Shown here: positions 1 to 8,576 of the stretch, piece by piece
Layout: each line of letters opens with the position of its first letter
How positions within the stretch are numbered: position 1 is the stretch's first letter
NCBI GenBank assembly: GCA_039810085.1
Contig: JBDHWG010000006.1
Location: forward strand, 85,265 to 149,264
DNA length: 64,000 nucleotides
Direction: 5' to 3'
From: Anaerolineae bacterium
GTDB taxonomy: Bacteria; Chloroflexota; Anaerolineae; Epilineales; JAHCIE01
The notes under the pieces: generated by a model
Told to the model about the DNA's origin: nothing
The model's database searches: none
The model's input: only the letters and a program-made list of their open reading frames with translations
Position numbers and translations under genes: made by a program

Positions 1-398
1 ACCTCTCGCACCTCAGCCGGAAACGTCGTCACCCGGCCCGCCTTATCCGTCACAATGTGCGTCGTGAAGCCTGTCACGAGAACGATGTTGTCGGGTGGAC
101 GGACCACCTGGTAGCTGAACTGGAGCTTGCGCGAGCGTAGCTCGGTAATCCACGTCTGCACAATGACTTCCTCGTCGTACAGCGCCGGGAGGACGAAGCG
201 CGCGCCAACCTCGGACAGCGGGAGCATGTAGCCGGCGCGCTCGAAGTCGGCGTAGGAGGAACCCTGCTGGCGCATCCAGTCGGAGCGGCCGGCTTCGAAC
301 CAGACGATGTAGGCCGTGTGGTGCGCGATCCCCATTTGATCGGTTTCTGCATAACGAACTCGGATAGGCGTGTGACTGACGAAGCCAGTAGGCGACAT
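1..398 (-). CDS. Acyl-CoA thioesterase, YbgC/4HBT hotdog family (3' end runs off window)
   Basis: Reverse-strand frame not in ORF track because it has no in-window stop. It translates MSPTGFVSHTPIRVRYAETDQMGIAHHTAYIVWFEAGRSDWMRQ..., a classic 4HBT/YbgC motif. GGAGAGAAG RBS lies upstream of the ATG at 396-398. The listed 43..420 and 74..352 ORFs are other frames of the same DNA. Confidence 0.7.
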   Translation of the reverse strand, partial: MSPTGFVSHTPIRVRYAETDQMGIAHHTAYIVWFEAGRSDWMRQQGSSYADFERAGYMLPLSEVGARFVLPALYDEEVIVQTWITELRSRKLQFSYQVVRPPDNIVLVTGFTTHIVTDKAGRVTTFPAEVRE

Positions 399-652
399 GA
401 ATGTCTTCTCTCCAGTGCATTGCATCAGATACAAGCTAGTCTACTCTATCCTCGGAGGGATGGCAAGAGCCTATAACACCAGTGGTACACTTCACACGTC
501 TCTCCCCATAGGGTAAATGACGCGAGTTCTGAAACAGCGACTGAAAGATGCAAGAAATGGCGGAATCGAACGGTATAGAGTGTAGAGCACTCCAACTCGT
601 CATACACGCTCCATAGCTCAAACCTTGCAAGTAAGGAGGCGAGGCAACTATT

Positions 653-1309
653 ATGCACTGTCACGTCAGCCTCAGGATCACAGCAACCCTGGCAATTCTC
701 ATGCTGTTGCTAGGAAGTTGTGCATTGCAGCCAGCCGCGCCAGTCGCACAAGCACCCGTAGTGACTGTTGTGCCAGTTCAGTCAACCGCCACAGTCGCCC
801 TACCTACGCCTATTCCACCAACAGCCACATCTGTCACGCCGACAGCCACTGCCATTCTACCGACGGCCTCCCCTGTCCCAGCCACACCGACTTTGCCCTC
901 TCCCACAACGACAGCGACCGACTCCGCCACAACCGCTTCGACCGAAGGCGGAGCGGTGTCTGATGTAGTAAGGATTGTCGGTCACATCAAGCAAGGCGAT
1001 TTCAAAGACACAGCGCGCCCTATCAAAAACATTACGCTGACGCTCTCCTCTAAAGAAACTGAGCTTGAGGCGAAAAGTGATGATGAAGGCTACTTCGAGT
1101 TCGACCCCGTTCCGGCTGCAGAGGGCGTTATTTCAGTTGATGTGAGAGTGACGGGATCAGGGATGGTGTGTCGATTCATTGACGTCTTGGTTAACGTAAC
1201 AAAAAACGGCAATGTAGTGACGCATGATGTACTTCTACCCGATACTCTATATGGGCAAGGTGAAATCGGCATGACAAACACCGGAATGATCTATCGTTGT
1301 GTTCGATAG
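653..1309 (+). CDS. Lipoprotein with Pro/Thr-rich linker and carboxypeptidase-regulatory-like beta-sandwich domain
   Basis: Signal peptide with lipobox LLGSC, a TPTATA-type low-complexity linker and a C-terminal EGYFEFDPVPAAEG motif typical of CarboxypepD_reg domains. AAGGAGG RBS at ~631-637. Confidence 0.6.
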   Translation: MHCHVSLRITATLAILMLLLGSCALQPAAPVAQAPVVTVVPVQSTATVALPTPIPPTATSVTPTATAILPTASPVPATPTLPSPTTTATDSATTASTEGGAVSDVVRIVGHIKQGDFKDTARPIKNITLTLSSKETELEAKSDDEGYFEFDPVPAAEGVISVDVRVTGSGMVCRFIDVLVNVTKNGNVVTHDVLLPDTLYGQGEIGMTNTGMIYRCVR

Positions 1310-1470
1310 TGAGAAAACTGTCGTTGAAACCAGACGACCGTTGGAACATAGCGAAACGCCCTGCGTGGGCAGTCGTTTCCTGCTGCATTCCATGACAATT
1401 AGCGGAATGTAACAAACAGGTTGAATTGGGCCGAATGTGGAGATATCTAAACGTTAACCTACGCAACCTG

Positions 1471-1479
1471 TGGTATACT
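1471..1479 (+). promoter_or_regulatory. Extended -10 element (TGgTATACT) upstream of CAP-domain gene
   Basis: TGnTATACT motif about 290 nt upstream of the 1767 start. No clear -35. Confidence 0.3.
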
Positions 1480-1766
1480 ACGGGCGCAAAACCCGCTCGC
1501 CGTCGCGTGAACGGTAAAGCTTCTTCTCGACGCTCGACCCGCATCTGCGCCTGAGCCTTCCGGCGAGGAGCATTCACTCTACTTACGCTCTTGCCCCATG
1601 CTCTCGCCCCGACCGCCGTGCCTACGAGAAGCCGCTGACACCGGGCTAGACAACGGTGAAATCACTATGGAGCGCGACAACGGGGCGGGCAAGCACAGGC
1701 GCAGCTAGGGCAAATGGGTATCCCACCCATCGCCTGGAAGGAGAAAAGCAAGTGCGTAGGTGGCAT

Positions 1767-2579
1767 ATGGTGACGTTGGCTGCCGTTCTCTTTGTCCTCA
1801 GCGGCAGCACGGTCATCGCAAGCGAGAGTCGGCCGACCGCCGCCAGCCTGGGGCATCCCCTGGCCGACCAAATCAATGTGTATCGGCAGAGCGTAGGGTT
1901 AGCGCCCCTGGCCTGGGATACACGCCTCTACGAAGCCGCTCGGAAGCACGACGACCTGATGGGTCAACGCAACACCGTCTCCCACCAACTACCCGGAGAA
2001 CCGGATTTTTGGCATCGCATTGTCAACGAGGGCGTGGATCCGCTCTTTAGCGCGGGCGAGACAATTGCGGGCGGCAATTATGATGCCGTTAGAACCCGCC
2101 AGCAGTGGATCGACAGCCCGTCCCACGACGCGATCATGAAGGGAGACTTCACGAGCATCGGGTGCGAGTTGCAGGAGTACGCCGGCACAACTTATGGCGC
2201 TCTGGCGACGTGCGATTTTGCAAAGACGACCTCGACGCTCGCGCTACCCGCAATGCCGCCAGTCGTGGCGGGAACGATTTACCGCTACCTATTCTACATG
2301 CCGTCCGCCAGGGATGGTATCGTCGAACTGGCGCGTGAGATTTGCGCCAGTCAGCAACTCACGGGTGATGGCCGCTTTCAGGGGCAGGTCGGCGCCGGCT
2401 GCTACTTCTACGGCTCAACCCCCGACAACCAGCCGCCCGCCTCAAAGGTCGGCTGGGCATATATCGAGTTCCGCGACTTCACGTCGTACTACCGCACGCT
2501 GGACGCCCGCATGCAGTCGCTCATGCCGGCCGACGGGCGGCTGTTTAGGCGGACCGTGACCACTATCCCCGGTTTCTAG
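1767..2579 (+). CDS. Secreted CAP/SCP/PR-1-like domain protein
   Basis: Signal peptide MVTLAAVLFVLSGSTVIASE, then the CAP-domain signature (…RKHDDLMGQRNTVSHQLPGEPDFW… HDAIMKGDFTSIGC). Alternative GTG start at 1752. Confidence 0.6.
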   Translation: MVTLAAVLFVLSGSTVIASESRPTAASLGHPLADQINVYRQSVGLAPLAWDTRLYEAARKHDDLMGQRNTVSHQLPGEPDFWHRIVNEGVDPLFSAGETIAGGNYDAVRTRQQWIDSPSHDAIMKGDFTSIGCELQEYAGTTYGALATCDFAKTTSTLALPAMPPVVAGTIYRYLFYMPSARDGIVELAREICASQQLTGDGRFQGQVGAGCYFYGSTPDNQPPASKVGWAYIEFRDFTSYYRTLDARMQSLMPADGRLFRRTVTTIPGF

Positions 2580-2599
2580 CCTGGGGCGCTTCAAGAAGA

Positions 2600-2633
2600 G
2601 AGGGGCGGCGAAAGCCGCCCCTCTTTCCTGTTT
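2600..2633. terminator. Bidirectional intrinsic terminator between convergent genes
   Basis: GAGGGGCGGC-gaaa-GCCGCCCCTC perfect 10-bp stem followed by TTTCCTGTTT. Confidence 0.6.
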
Positions 2634-2644
2634 ACAATGCGCCC

Positions 2645-2863
2645 CTAGTCGTCGCGCGCCTTGGAGTCTGGCGCGGCATCCTCCTCGGCCAGCGTCACAT
2701 CAGGCGGATTCGGCATCGGAATATCTTCCGCCGTCTTCTCGACGCCTGCTTCCCCACCGGCGCGCTGCCAGTCGGCGTCGTTCGACTCGACGCTTTCTGC
2801 CATAGAGGCGGGCGAGTAACTCTCGAATTCCTGGGACAGCTCGTTCTTCTCTTCTTCAGCCAT
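2645..2863 (-). CDS. Hypothetical small acidic protein
   Basis: ORF MAEEEKNELSQEFESYSPAS... with AAGGATCA RBS. Very acidic and low complexity. No recognisable domain. Confidence 0.4.
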   Translation of the reverse strand: MAEEEKNELSQEFESYSPASMAESVESNDADWQRAGGEAGVEKTAEDIPMPNPPDVTLAEEDAAPDSKARDD

Positions 2864-2943
2864 CTGTGATGATCCTTTCTTGTAATTATTTAGCACACGA
2901 CTTGAAGGTCAGATTGTCCATCGCCCTCAATCGTTGCGCATGG

Positions 2944-3582
2944 CTATCGCGTCGCGACACCCGCCACATGCGGGCCGACAATCCAGGCGGGCACACTGAA
3001 GTGGTCAACGGCCAGGTCACGGAAGCCAGCGCGCTCGATGCTCGTCAATGTCTCGCGGTTAGGATGGCAGCCATCCGCCAGGAGCGTCACCATCGGCTGG
3101 GTCAGGTCCTGCATCCGACGGCGAGCGGAGCCAGGCGGCGAGGCGATGTGCTCGATGAACACGTACTGCCCGCCCGGTCGCAGCACGCGAGTCATTTCGC
3201 TGAGAACACGCTGCGGGTCATCGACTGAGCACAGCACCAGCGTCCCGATCACAGCGTCCACACTCTCATCCGGGACATCCAGCCTCTCGGCCGGCGTGGC
3301 GTGCAGGTCAATCACCCGGCCCAGCTCTTGAGCCCGGCGGCGAATGTACGGATGCATGTACTCGTTCGGCTCGATGCCGATCCACTCCACGTCCGGTGCA
3401 AGGTACGCCAGGTTCGTTCCAGCGCCCGGCCCGATCTCCAAAACGCGACCCCGCAAGGGCGCAAGGAGGCACTGGCGGCGAGCGCCGTAGACCTTGCGGT
3501 CGATGCCACCGCCTCGCGCGAGCATGTGGGCAAAGACGCGCTGGATAGGTCGTCGCAAAGGGTCACGGAAGATAGTAGTCAT
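2944..3582 (-). CDS. Class I SAM-dependent methyltransferase
   Basis: Motif I VLEIGPGAGTN, motif post-I, and LRPGGQYVFIEH typical of the Methyltransf_11/25 fold. Confidence 0.8.
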   Translation of the reverse strand: MTTIFRDPLRRPIQRVFAHMLARGGGIDRKVYGARRQCLLAPLRGRVLEIGPGAGTNLAYLAPDVEWIGIEPNEYMHPYIRRRAQELGRVIDLHATPAERLDVPDESVDAVIGTLVLCSVDDPQRVLSEMTRVLRPGGQYVFIEHIASPPGSARRRMQDLTQPMVTLLADGCHPNRETLTSIERAGFRDLAVDHFSVPAWIVGPHVAGVATR

Positions 3583-3609
3583 TCCTCGTCAACAACGGCG
3601 GCACGCCGC

Positions 3610-3637
3610 TTGCGGACACGCCGGAGGGTGATATAAT
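3610..3637 (+). promoter_or_regulatory. Putative sigma70-type promoter for malQ (TTGCGG-16-TATAAT)
   Basis: Seen directly: -35-like TTGCGG and perfect TATAAT with 16-nt spacer, about 100 nt upstream of malQ. Confidence 0.45.
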
Positions 3638-3669
3638 AGGTCTACAACAGGTGGCGGCGATGCGCCATG

Positions 3670-3687
3670 TTTCACAGAGATGTGAAA
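3670..3687. promoter_or_regulatory. 18-bp perfect palindrome TTTCACAgagaTGTGAAA (candidate operator) between promoter and malQ start
   Basis: Perfect inverted repeat 7-4-7 read directly from sequence. Confidence 0.4.
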
Positions 3688-3733
3688 GCAGCCGCCTCGA
3701 CCTCAATTCTACACAAAAACAGGCGGTTTTCCT

Positions 3734-5329
3734 ATGGCACACGCAGCCCCCGGCTCCCTTCTCAACGCCCCGCGTTCCAGCGGCATCCTGCTGCATCCAA
3801 CATCTCTCCCCGGCGCTTATGGCATCGGCGAGCTAGGCAGCGCCGCTTTCTCGTTCATCGACTACCTGGCTGACACCGAGCAAAACCTCTGGCAAATCAT
3901 GCCCCTCGGCCCGACGGGCTACGGCGACTCGCCCTACCAATCCTTCTCGGCCTTCGCGGGCAACCCCATGCTCATCAGTCTGGAGGTGCTCGCCAAGGAA
4001 GGGCGGCTCAGCCCAGATGAGCTGGCGAACTGCCCCAACTTCCCCGCAGCCCACGTGGACTTCGGTCCCGTCATTGAGTGGCGCAACGCCATGCTCCGCA
4101 TCGCTTACCGCCACTTCGTCGACACAGCGACAGCCGAGGAACGCCAGGCCCTCGACGCCTACGCCGACAAGAATAAGAGCTGGCTGCCCGACTTCGCCCT
4201 GTTCATGGCGCTCAAGGAGAAGCTCTCCTCGGCGTGGAGCGACTGGCCCAAGGACATTCGGACGCGGCAGCCGGAAGCGCTGGCGCACTGGCGGCAAGAG
4301 CTTGGCGACGACATCGCCCGCCACGTGTACTACCAGTATGAGTTCGACCGCCAGTGGTCGGCGGTGCATGGCTATGCGAACGACAAGGGCATCCGAATCA
4401 TAGGCGACATCCCGATCTTCGTCGCCTACGATAGCGCCGACGCATGGGCGCATCCGGAGATGTTCTACTTCAATGAGGAAGGCCACCCGACTGCCGTCGC
4501 CGGCGTTCCCCCCGACTACTTTAGCCCGACGGGCCAGCTGTGGGGCAACCCGCTCTACCGCTGGGATGAGATGGAGGCCGAGGGGTATACGTGGTGGATC
4601 GAGCGCTTTCGCCACACGTTCCAGGCAGTGGACATCGTGCGCCTGGACCACTTTCGCGGCTTCACGGCCTACTGGAGCGTGCCTGCTGACGAGGAAACCG
4701 CCATCAACGGGACGTGGGAGCCAGGCCCAGGCCCCAAGCTGTTCAGCGCCGTTCGCGCGGCCCTGGGCGCTCTGCCCATCATCGCCGAGGACCTGGGCGT
4801 CATCACGCCGGCGGTCGAGGCGCTGCGAGACGGCGAGGGATTCCCGGGCATGAAGGTGCTACAGTTCGCCTTCGGCAGCGACTCATCGAACCCGTATCTG
4901 CCCCACAACTACGAGCGCAACTGCGTTGTGTACACCGGCACCCACGACAACGACACGACGGTAGGCTGGTTCCTGTCGTCGCCCGCGAAAGAACAGGCCG
5001 CCGTTCTGGAGTACACCGAGGGGCACGGCCAGCCCATCAACTGGGTGTTCATCCGCCTGGCGCTGATGTCCGTCGCTCGCTGGGCCGTCTTCCCGATGCA
5101 GGACGTGATCGGCGCGGGCAGCGATAGCCGCATGAACACACCGGGCAAAGCGGCTGGCAACTGGAGCTGGCGTCTCAGTCGAATTCCCGATGGCACGTCG
5201 GAGCGCCTACGCCGCCTCACGCGTCTCTCTGGACGCGGGCCGCACAGCGAGAAGCTCGCCTTCGACGCCGCCAAAGCAGCTGCGGAAGGCATCGACATCG
5301 CGGCTGCCAGCAAGGCCAAGGCTCAGTAG
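3734..5329 (+). CDS. malQ: 4-alpha-glucanotransferase (amylomaltase), GH77
   Basis: N-terminus SGILLHPTSLPGAYGIGELG, ...IMPLGPTGYGDSPYQSFSAFAGNP..., DHFRGF, GTHDNDT: canonical MalQ motifs over the full length. Confidence 0.9.
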   Translation: MAHAAPGSLLNAPRSSGILLHPTSLPGAYGIGELGSAAFSFIDYLADTEQNLWQIMPLGPTGYGDSPYQSFSAFAGNPMLISLEVLAKEGRLSPDELANCPNFPAAHVDFGPVIEWRNAMLRIAYRHFVDTATAEERQALDAYADKNKSWLPDFALFMALKEKLSSAWSDWPKDIRTRQPEALAHWRQELGDDIARHVYYQYEFDRQWSAVHGYANDKGIRIIGDIPIFVAYDSADAWAHPEMFYFNEEGHPTAVAGVPPDYFSPTGQLWGNPLYRWDEMEAEGYTWWIERFRHTFQAVDIVRLDHFRGFTAYWSVPADEETAINGTWEPGPGPKLFSAVRAALGALPIIAEDLGVITPAVEALRDGEGFPGMKVLQFAFGSDSSNPYLPHNYERNCVVYTGTHDNDTTVGWFLSSPAKEQAAVLEYTEGHGQPINWVFIRLALMSVARWAVFPMQDVIGAGSDSRMNTPGKAAGNWSWRLSRIPDGTSERLRRLTRLSGRGPHSEKLAFDAAKAAAEGIDIAAASKAKAQ

Positions 5330-5350
5330 CCCATCGGAGCGACAACTTTG

Positions 5351-6076
5351 TTACCGGGCTTGCGCGACGGCCTCTTGACGGGCTGCCGCCGGAGCCGGCG
5401 CCCCCGCCTGCCGGAAGCCGACATACATGAGCGCCGCCGCCAGCAGCTCGCCGACATAGAGGTACTCGCCGATGCCGAAGCGCGTCAGGGTGCTGGCCGA
5501 GCCGATGAGCAGCGCGCCCAGGGCGATCAGGACGTTGCCGACAACGCGGTTCGGGAGAACGCGCTTGCGCCAGAACAAATAGCCCGACCATATCGCGCCA
5601 CCCGCCAGCGTCAGCAAACCGTAAATGTTGAAGACCGGCGTGAGCTTTCGCACGACTGCATCCGGCGGCATGACGTTGCGATACCAGTCGCTCACCGGCT
5701 GGCCGGCCACGGCGCGCGAGGCGTCGAGCGACATGCCGAACCAGACGGCGATCACGACGAGGCTACCGGCAATCAGCAGGCCGCTCGTCAGCCACCTTAC
5801 CCAAGGACGGCGCGCCAGCAGCATCACGGTCCCCTGCCCAATCCATGCCGCATTCAAAGCTGCCCCGAAGACGTACCAGATGAAGAAAATGAAGGCGTTG
5901 AACGGCAGGACGGCCAGGTACGCCTCGGCAAATGAGCCAAGCCCAAACATGGCGAGGCCGATGCCCCAGAACAGGAAGAACGCCGAGCGGCGCGCCACGT
6001 AGCGGTGGAGAACGCCGACCACAAACACAGCCATGATGATTGTCGAGAAGAACGGCAGCACGAGATTGAGATTCAT
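5351..6076 (-). CDS. Integral membrane protein (about 7 TM), unknown function
   Basis: Highly hydrophobic 241-aa ORF with multiple predicted TM helices. GAAAGG RBS. No recognisable family. Confidence 0.55.
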   Translation of the reverse strand: MNLNLVLPFFSTIIMAVFVVGVLHRYVARRSAFFLFWGIGLAMFGLGSFAEAYLAVLPFNAFIFFIWYVFGAALNAAWIGQGTVMLLARRPWVRWLTSGLLIAGSLVVIAVWFGMSLDASRAVAGQPVSDWYRNVMPPDAVVRKLTPVFNIYGLLTLAGGAIWSGYLFWRKRVLPNRVVGNVLIALGALLIGSASTLTRFGIGEYLYVGELLAAALMYVGFRQAGAPAPAAARQEAVAQAR

Positions 6077-6108
6077 CGGGGATACCTTTCGCGCTAACGC
6101 CAGGGGGT

Positions 6109-6267
6109 TATGCCGAGGAGAATTGTCGCCGCGACAATAATGAGCAAAACTGTGAGCACGCCTAAGCCGATGAGCACTATCGGCACAACGCGCTCGTAGA
6201 ACGTCGTGTGGGGCATGTGAACGGAGGCGCGGCGGGCCTCCAGGTCTGCCCGGCGCTTGTCATCCAT
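6109..6267 (-). CDS. Small single-TM protein (52 aa), hypothetical, immediately upstream of membrane protein
   Basis: Hand translation gives MDDKRRADLEARRASVHMPHTTFYERVVPIVLIGLGVLTVLLIIVAATISSA. A charged N-terminus plus one TM helix. Purine-rich RBS. Below the 60-aa cutoff of the ORF track. Confidence 0.3.
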
Positions 6268-6308
6268 AAGGTTTTCTGCCTTCTAGGGCGCACGAAGCGC
6301 GACCACAA

Positions 6309-6340
6309 CGATTATCGGCTTCGTCGCCCGTTTGGTCAAG
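6309..6340 (-). promoter_or_regulatory. Putative promoter (TTGACC-17-GATAAT on minus strand) for small TM ORF and membrane protein
   Basis: Reverse complement reads CTTGACCaaacgggcgacgaagccGATAAT. Confidence 0.35.
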
Positions 6341-6395
6341 CCCCCACAAATCGAGGCGGTTTTCGATTTTCACGCAAATAAGCCGTATCTTTTGC

Positions 6396-6424
6396 TTGAC
6401 AGGCCGCGTTATCTATGCTAGAAT
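6396..6424 (+). promoter_or_regulatory. Consensus sigma70-type promoter of ilv-leu operon (TTGACA-17-TAGAAT)
   Basis: TTGACA at 6396-6401, 17-nt spacer, TAGAAT at 6419-6424, about 50 nt upstream of the leader peptide ORF. Confidence 0.65.
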
Positions 6425-6474
6425 GGCGGGCAGACCGCTGCGACAATCGCAACTTTAACCAGGAAGAGTTCCTG

Positions 6475-6564
6475 ATGCACTGTACCGGCTCCATCGCCCT
6501 CGTCCTTATTAGCAGCCTCCTCGTCATTGTAGTCGAGGAGGTTAAAGGCGCTGAGGGGCGGTAG
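6475..6564 (+). CDS. ilvL: ilv/leu operon leader peptide (29 aa, branched-chain-rich)
   Basis: MHCTGSIALVLISSLLVIVVEEVKGAEGR. 11 of 14 consecutive residues are Ile/Leu/Val. AGGAAG RBS. It lies between the promoter and the terminator hairpin directly upstream of ilvB. Confidence 0.6.
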   Translation: MHCTGSIALVLISSLLVIVVEEVKGAEGR

Positions 6565-6603
6565 GAGCCGCACACGGTCCACACGGACGCACTCAATGGT
6601 GAC

Positions 6604-6635
6604 AAAACCCCTCAGCCTAGGCTGAGGGGTTTTTT
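6604..6635 (+). terminator. Attenuator: intrinsic terminator (CCCCTCAGCC-ta-GGCTGAGGGG + T6) upstream of ilvB
   Basis: Perfect GC-rich stem followed by TTTTTT. The 3' arm sequence GCTGAGGGG is duplicated at 6550-6558 inside the leader ORF 3' end, giving a mutually exclusive antiterminator pairing. Confidence 0.65.
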
Positions 6636-6818
6636 GATGCATTGTCCTCGGCGCAAGCCCCAATCCAACTGAATATCGGCGATGACAGGATCGCCTGTGA
6701 GGTCAATGACGCCCTCGCCCCGAAGCCAGCTTTATCCCTTCGGGCAGCGCGGGCGTCGCTATTTTTCTTCCGTGACTCGGCCATCATGCGCCATGCACAC
6801 CACCCAATGGAGGTACAT

Positions 6819-8564
6819 ATGCAGCGAACTGGCGGACAGATCGTTTGGGAAGTTCTGATGCAGGAAGGCGTTGACACCGTCTTCGGCTATCCGGGTGGCG
6901 CGATTCTCCCCACCTACGATGCGATGGTAGACTATCCCATCCATCACGTCCTGGTTCGCCACGAGCAGGGCGCTTCGCACATGGCCGACGGCTACGCCCG
7001 CGCGACCGGCAAGGTCGGCGTGTGCATCGCCACGTCTGGCCCCGGCGCGACGAACCTCATCACCGGCCTGGCGACGGCCATGCTCGATAGCTCGCCCGTC
7101 GTCGCTATTACCGGCCAGGTCGGCAGCAAGGCCATCGGCACCGACGCGTTCCAGGAAACCGACGTCACAGGCGTCTCGATGCCGGTGACCAAGCATAACT
7201 ACCTCGTCACAGACGTGCGCGAGCTGGCCGGCGTCCTGCGCGAGGCGTTCCACATCGCGCGCAGCGGCCGCCCTGGACCTGTCCTGGTGGACATCTCCAA
7301 GGATTGCCAGCAGGCGACCACCGACTTCGTCTGGGACGACCGGCCCATCCGCCTGCGCGGCTACCGCCCCCGCCCCCGCGCGCTCTCGGAGAGCATGAAC
7401 CAGGCGCTCGAGATGATCGCCAACGCCAAGCGCCCGGTCATCCTGGCGGGTCACGGCATCGTCCTCTCCGGCGCTTATGATGAGGTGCGCGAGTTCGCCG
7501 AGAAGACCAACACCCCCGTCTCCCTCACCTTGCTCGGCATCGGGGCCTTCCCCCGCTCTCACCCGCTGTGCATTGGCGTGATGGGCATGCATGGCGAGGC
7601 TTATGTCAACCGCGCCATTCAGGATGCCGACCTGCTCCTCGCCTTCGGCATGCGCTTCGACGACCGCGTCACGGGCACCATCAAGACCTACGCCCCCAAC
7701 GCCAAGAAAATCCACATCGAGCTGGACCCGACTGAGGTCAACAAGAACGTGAAGGTGGACGTGCCCATCATCGGCGACCTCAAGAGCGTGCTGGAGGAGA
7801 TGAACCCGCATGTTCAGCCGGCCGATCACAGCGAGTGGATCGCTACCATCAAGGAGTGGGCGCGCGACACCGAGTCCCGCGACATCCTCCACCAGTACCA
7901 CAACGGCCACCTGTTCAGCGTCCACGTCATCCGCGACCTATGGGAAGCCACCGGCGGCGAGGCCGTGACGGTGACCGACGTCGGCCAGCACCAGATGTGG
8001 GAGATGCAGTACTACAACCACGACCGGCCGCGCACCCTCATCACTTCCGGCGGCCTCGGTACGATGGGCTTCGCCTTGCCCGCCGCCATCGGCGCTAAGA
8101 TGGGCCTACCGGATGAGGAAGTGTGGGTTGTCGCCGGTGACGGCGGCTTCCAGATGACGATGGCTGAATTGGCGACCGCCGTCCAGGAGAAGGTGGACAT
8201 CAAGATCGCCATCATCAACAACAACTTCCTGGGCATGGTGCGCCAGTGGCAGGAGTTCTTCTACGAGAAGCGCTACGCCGCCACGCCGCTGCTCAACCCC
8301 GACTTCACCAAGATTGCCGACGCCTACGGCATCCCAGCGTTCATGGTGAACCGCCGCGAAGACGTGGTCCCCACCATCCAGAAGGTGCGCGGAATGCGCG
8401 GGCCGGTGCTCATCGAGTTCCGGGTCGAGATGGAAGAGGTTGTGTACCCGATGGTGCCGGCAGGCGCATCGCTCTCTGAGATGATCCGCCGTCCCATTGA
8501 GGGCGACGCCACGGAAGTGACCGAAGAGATGAAGGCCGCCGGTATCGGCGCAGCCAGCGTGTAG
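6819..8564 (+). CDS. ilvB: Acetolactate synthase large (catalytic) subunit
   Basis: TPP/FAD enzyme motifs (GYPGGAILP, GPGATNL, GDGGFQM) over the full length. GGAGGT RBS 5 nt upstream of the ATG at 6819. The longer ORF from 6642 is an upstream extension. Confidence 0.9.
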   Translation: MQRTGGQIVWEVLMQEGVDTVFGYPGGAILPTYDAMVDYPIHHVLVRHEQGASHMADGYARATGKVGVCIATSGPGATNLITGLATAMLDSSPVVAITGQVGSKAIGTDAFQETDVTGVSMPVTKHNYLVTDVRELAGVLREAFHIARSGRPGPVLVDISKDCQQATTDFVWDDRPIRLRGYRPRPRALSESMNQALEMIANAKRPVILAGHGIVLSGAYDEVREFAEKTNTPVSLTLLGIGAFPRSHPLCIGVMGMHGEAYVNRAIQDADLLLAFGMRFDDRVTGTIKTYAPNAKKIHIELDPTEVNKNVKVDVPIIGDLKSVLEEMNPHVQPADHSEWIATIKEWARDTESRDILHQYHNGHLFSVHVIRDLWEATGGEAVTVTDVGQHQMWEMQYYNHDRPRTLITSGGLGTMGFALPAAIGAKMGLPDEEVWVVAGDGGFQMTMAELATAVQEKVDIKIAIINNNFLGMVRQWQEFFYEKRYAATPLLNPDFTKIADAYGIPAFMVNRREDVVPTIQKVRGMRGPVLIEFRVEMEEVVYPMVPAGASLSEMIRRPIEGDATEVTEEMKAAGIGAASV

Positions 8565-8576
8565 AAGGAGCCTATC

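Noticed and set aside
43-420. ORF-track entries 43..420(-) and 74..352(-) at the window start
   Set aside because: Both are Arg-rich alternative frames of the same DNA. The third minus-strand frame gives a clean YbgC/4HBT thioesterase running off the window edge, so these two are artefacts.
6642-6818. Upstream extension of ilvB to the ATG at 6642
   Set aside because: It would make the protein read through the attenuator terminator and add about 60 non-conserved residues. A GGAGGT RBS sits 5 nt before the ATG at 6819, where the conserved IlvB N-terminus begins.
6759-7925. 388-aa antisense ORF inside ilvB
   Set aside because: It lies entirely within, and opposite to, a full-length conserved acetolactate synthase. 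The composition is low-complexity and rich in Ala, Arg, Gly and Asp, typical of GC-rich antisense frames. There is no RBS and no family similarity. The same reasoning applies to the antisense ORFs 3833..4651, 8106..9281, 10429..11466, 11757..12521, 26803..27972, 29613..30434, 31727..33070, 37590..38708, 40822..41760, 20869..21810, 21871..22878, 23255..23998 and 25726..26724.
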